From Gammaproteobacteria bacterium (GTDB lineage: Bacteria; Pseudomonadota; Gammaproteobacteria; UBA4575), in NCBI GenBank assembly GCA_965221955.1, contig CBDCTA010000026.1, positions 1 to 64,000 on the forward strand: a stretch of 64,000 nucleotides of DNA. The letters run 5' to 3'. This document shows, piece after piece, positions 63,441 through 64,000 of this stretch. Both the position numbers and the translations under genes were made by a program. Within the stretch, counting starts at the first letter, position 1. The number at the start of each line of letters is the position of its first letter. The notes under the pieces are model-generated. The model was not told the origin of the DNA and did no database searches. It saw nothing but the letters and a program-made list of their open reading frames with translations.

Positions 63441-64000
63441 ATGCGGATTGCGCTGTTAGAAGATGATCGCGATCAAGCTGATATTATCGGAGTTTGGTTA
63501 AATGATGCTGGGCATCATCCTTATGTTTATCATGCGGGCAGCCAAATAGTAGGTGCGCTAAGCACAGAAAGCTTCGACGTCATTATGCTTGATTGGGAAG
63601 TACCTGATATGAGCGGTTTGGAGGTCTTGCGATGGATTCGCGAGAACTTAGATTGGGCATGCCCAGTCATTTTTATTACCCAACGCGATCAAGAAAGTGA
63701 CGTAGTAGCTGCACTTGAGGCAGGTGCGGATGATTATATGGCTAAGCCTGTTAATCGTGCAGAGATGCTTGCGCGAATTGGTGCTATACACAGAAGAAAT
63801 AATCCACCGGAAGAAGATGATTCTGTTCTGGAAATTCCGCCTTATGTTATCGATTTAAAAAAGCGCAATATAGTATGTAAAGGCGTTGAAATTGATTTAA
63901 CACAGAAAGAATATGAGCTGGCTTTATTTATATTGCGTAATGTCGGTAGAGTTTTATCACGCGGTTATTTATTAGAGCGAGTATGGGGCAAGAATCCTGA
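63441..64000 (+). CDS. OmpR-family response regulator (3' truncated), not in ORF track
   Basis: MRIALLEDD...MLDWEVPDMSG...FITQR...GADDYMAKP...LTQKEYELAL...VLSR. Confidence 0.93.
   Translation, partial: MRIALLEDDRDQADIIGVWLNDAGHHPYVYHAGSQIVGALSTESFDVIMLDWEVPDMSGLEVLRWIRENLDWACPVIFITQRDQESDVVAALEAGADDYMAKPVNRAEMLARIGAIHRRNNPPEEDDSVLEIPPYVIDLKKRNIVCKGVEIDLTQKEYELALFILRNVGRVLSRGYLLERVWGKNP

Overview
AT-rich gammaproteobacterial chromosome segment. Core genes: the end of the nuo operon (nuoG-N), an initiator tRNA-fMet, rimP-nusA-infB-rbfA-truB-rpsO-pnp, msrB, gluQ-dksA, xseA, guaB-guaA-tadA, mltF, rraA, aceA, icd and a truncated OmpR-type regulator. Accessory blocks: (1) an integron-like array (8.3-12.8 kb) of co-oriented unrelated small genes separated by a 30-bp palindromic site, AATGTCCGCT-N10-AGCGGACATT. 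The site has tyrosine-recombinase-like architecture, is not attC, dif or CRISPR, and also brackets single accessory genes at 23.2-23.7 kb and (degenerately) 58.0-58.7 kb. No recombinase is in the window. (2) An AlkB/XylM-type membrane di-iron monooxygenase cluster with a small ferredoxin missing from the ORF track, a GST and a XylA-like reductase. (3) A putative signal-synthesis plus signal-perception locus: ThDP enzyme, two citrate-synthase-fold proteins apparently lacking the catalytic triad, O-methyltransferase, TonB-dependent receptor, periplasmic binding protein and a HK-REC-REC-HPt-REC-GGDEF-EAL sensor. (4) An acyl-CoA synthetase plus Liv-type ABC transporter. The 27.5-30.1 kb stretch carries many single-base indels that are probably assembly errors. 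All calls come from motif recognition and gene order; no database searches were run.
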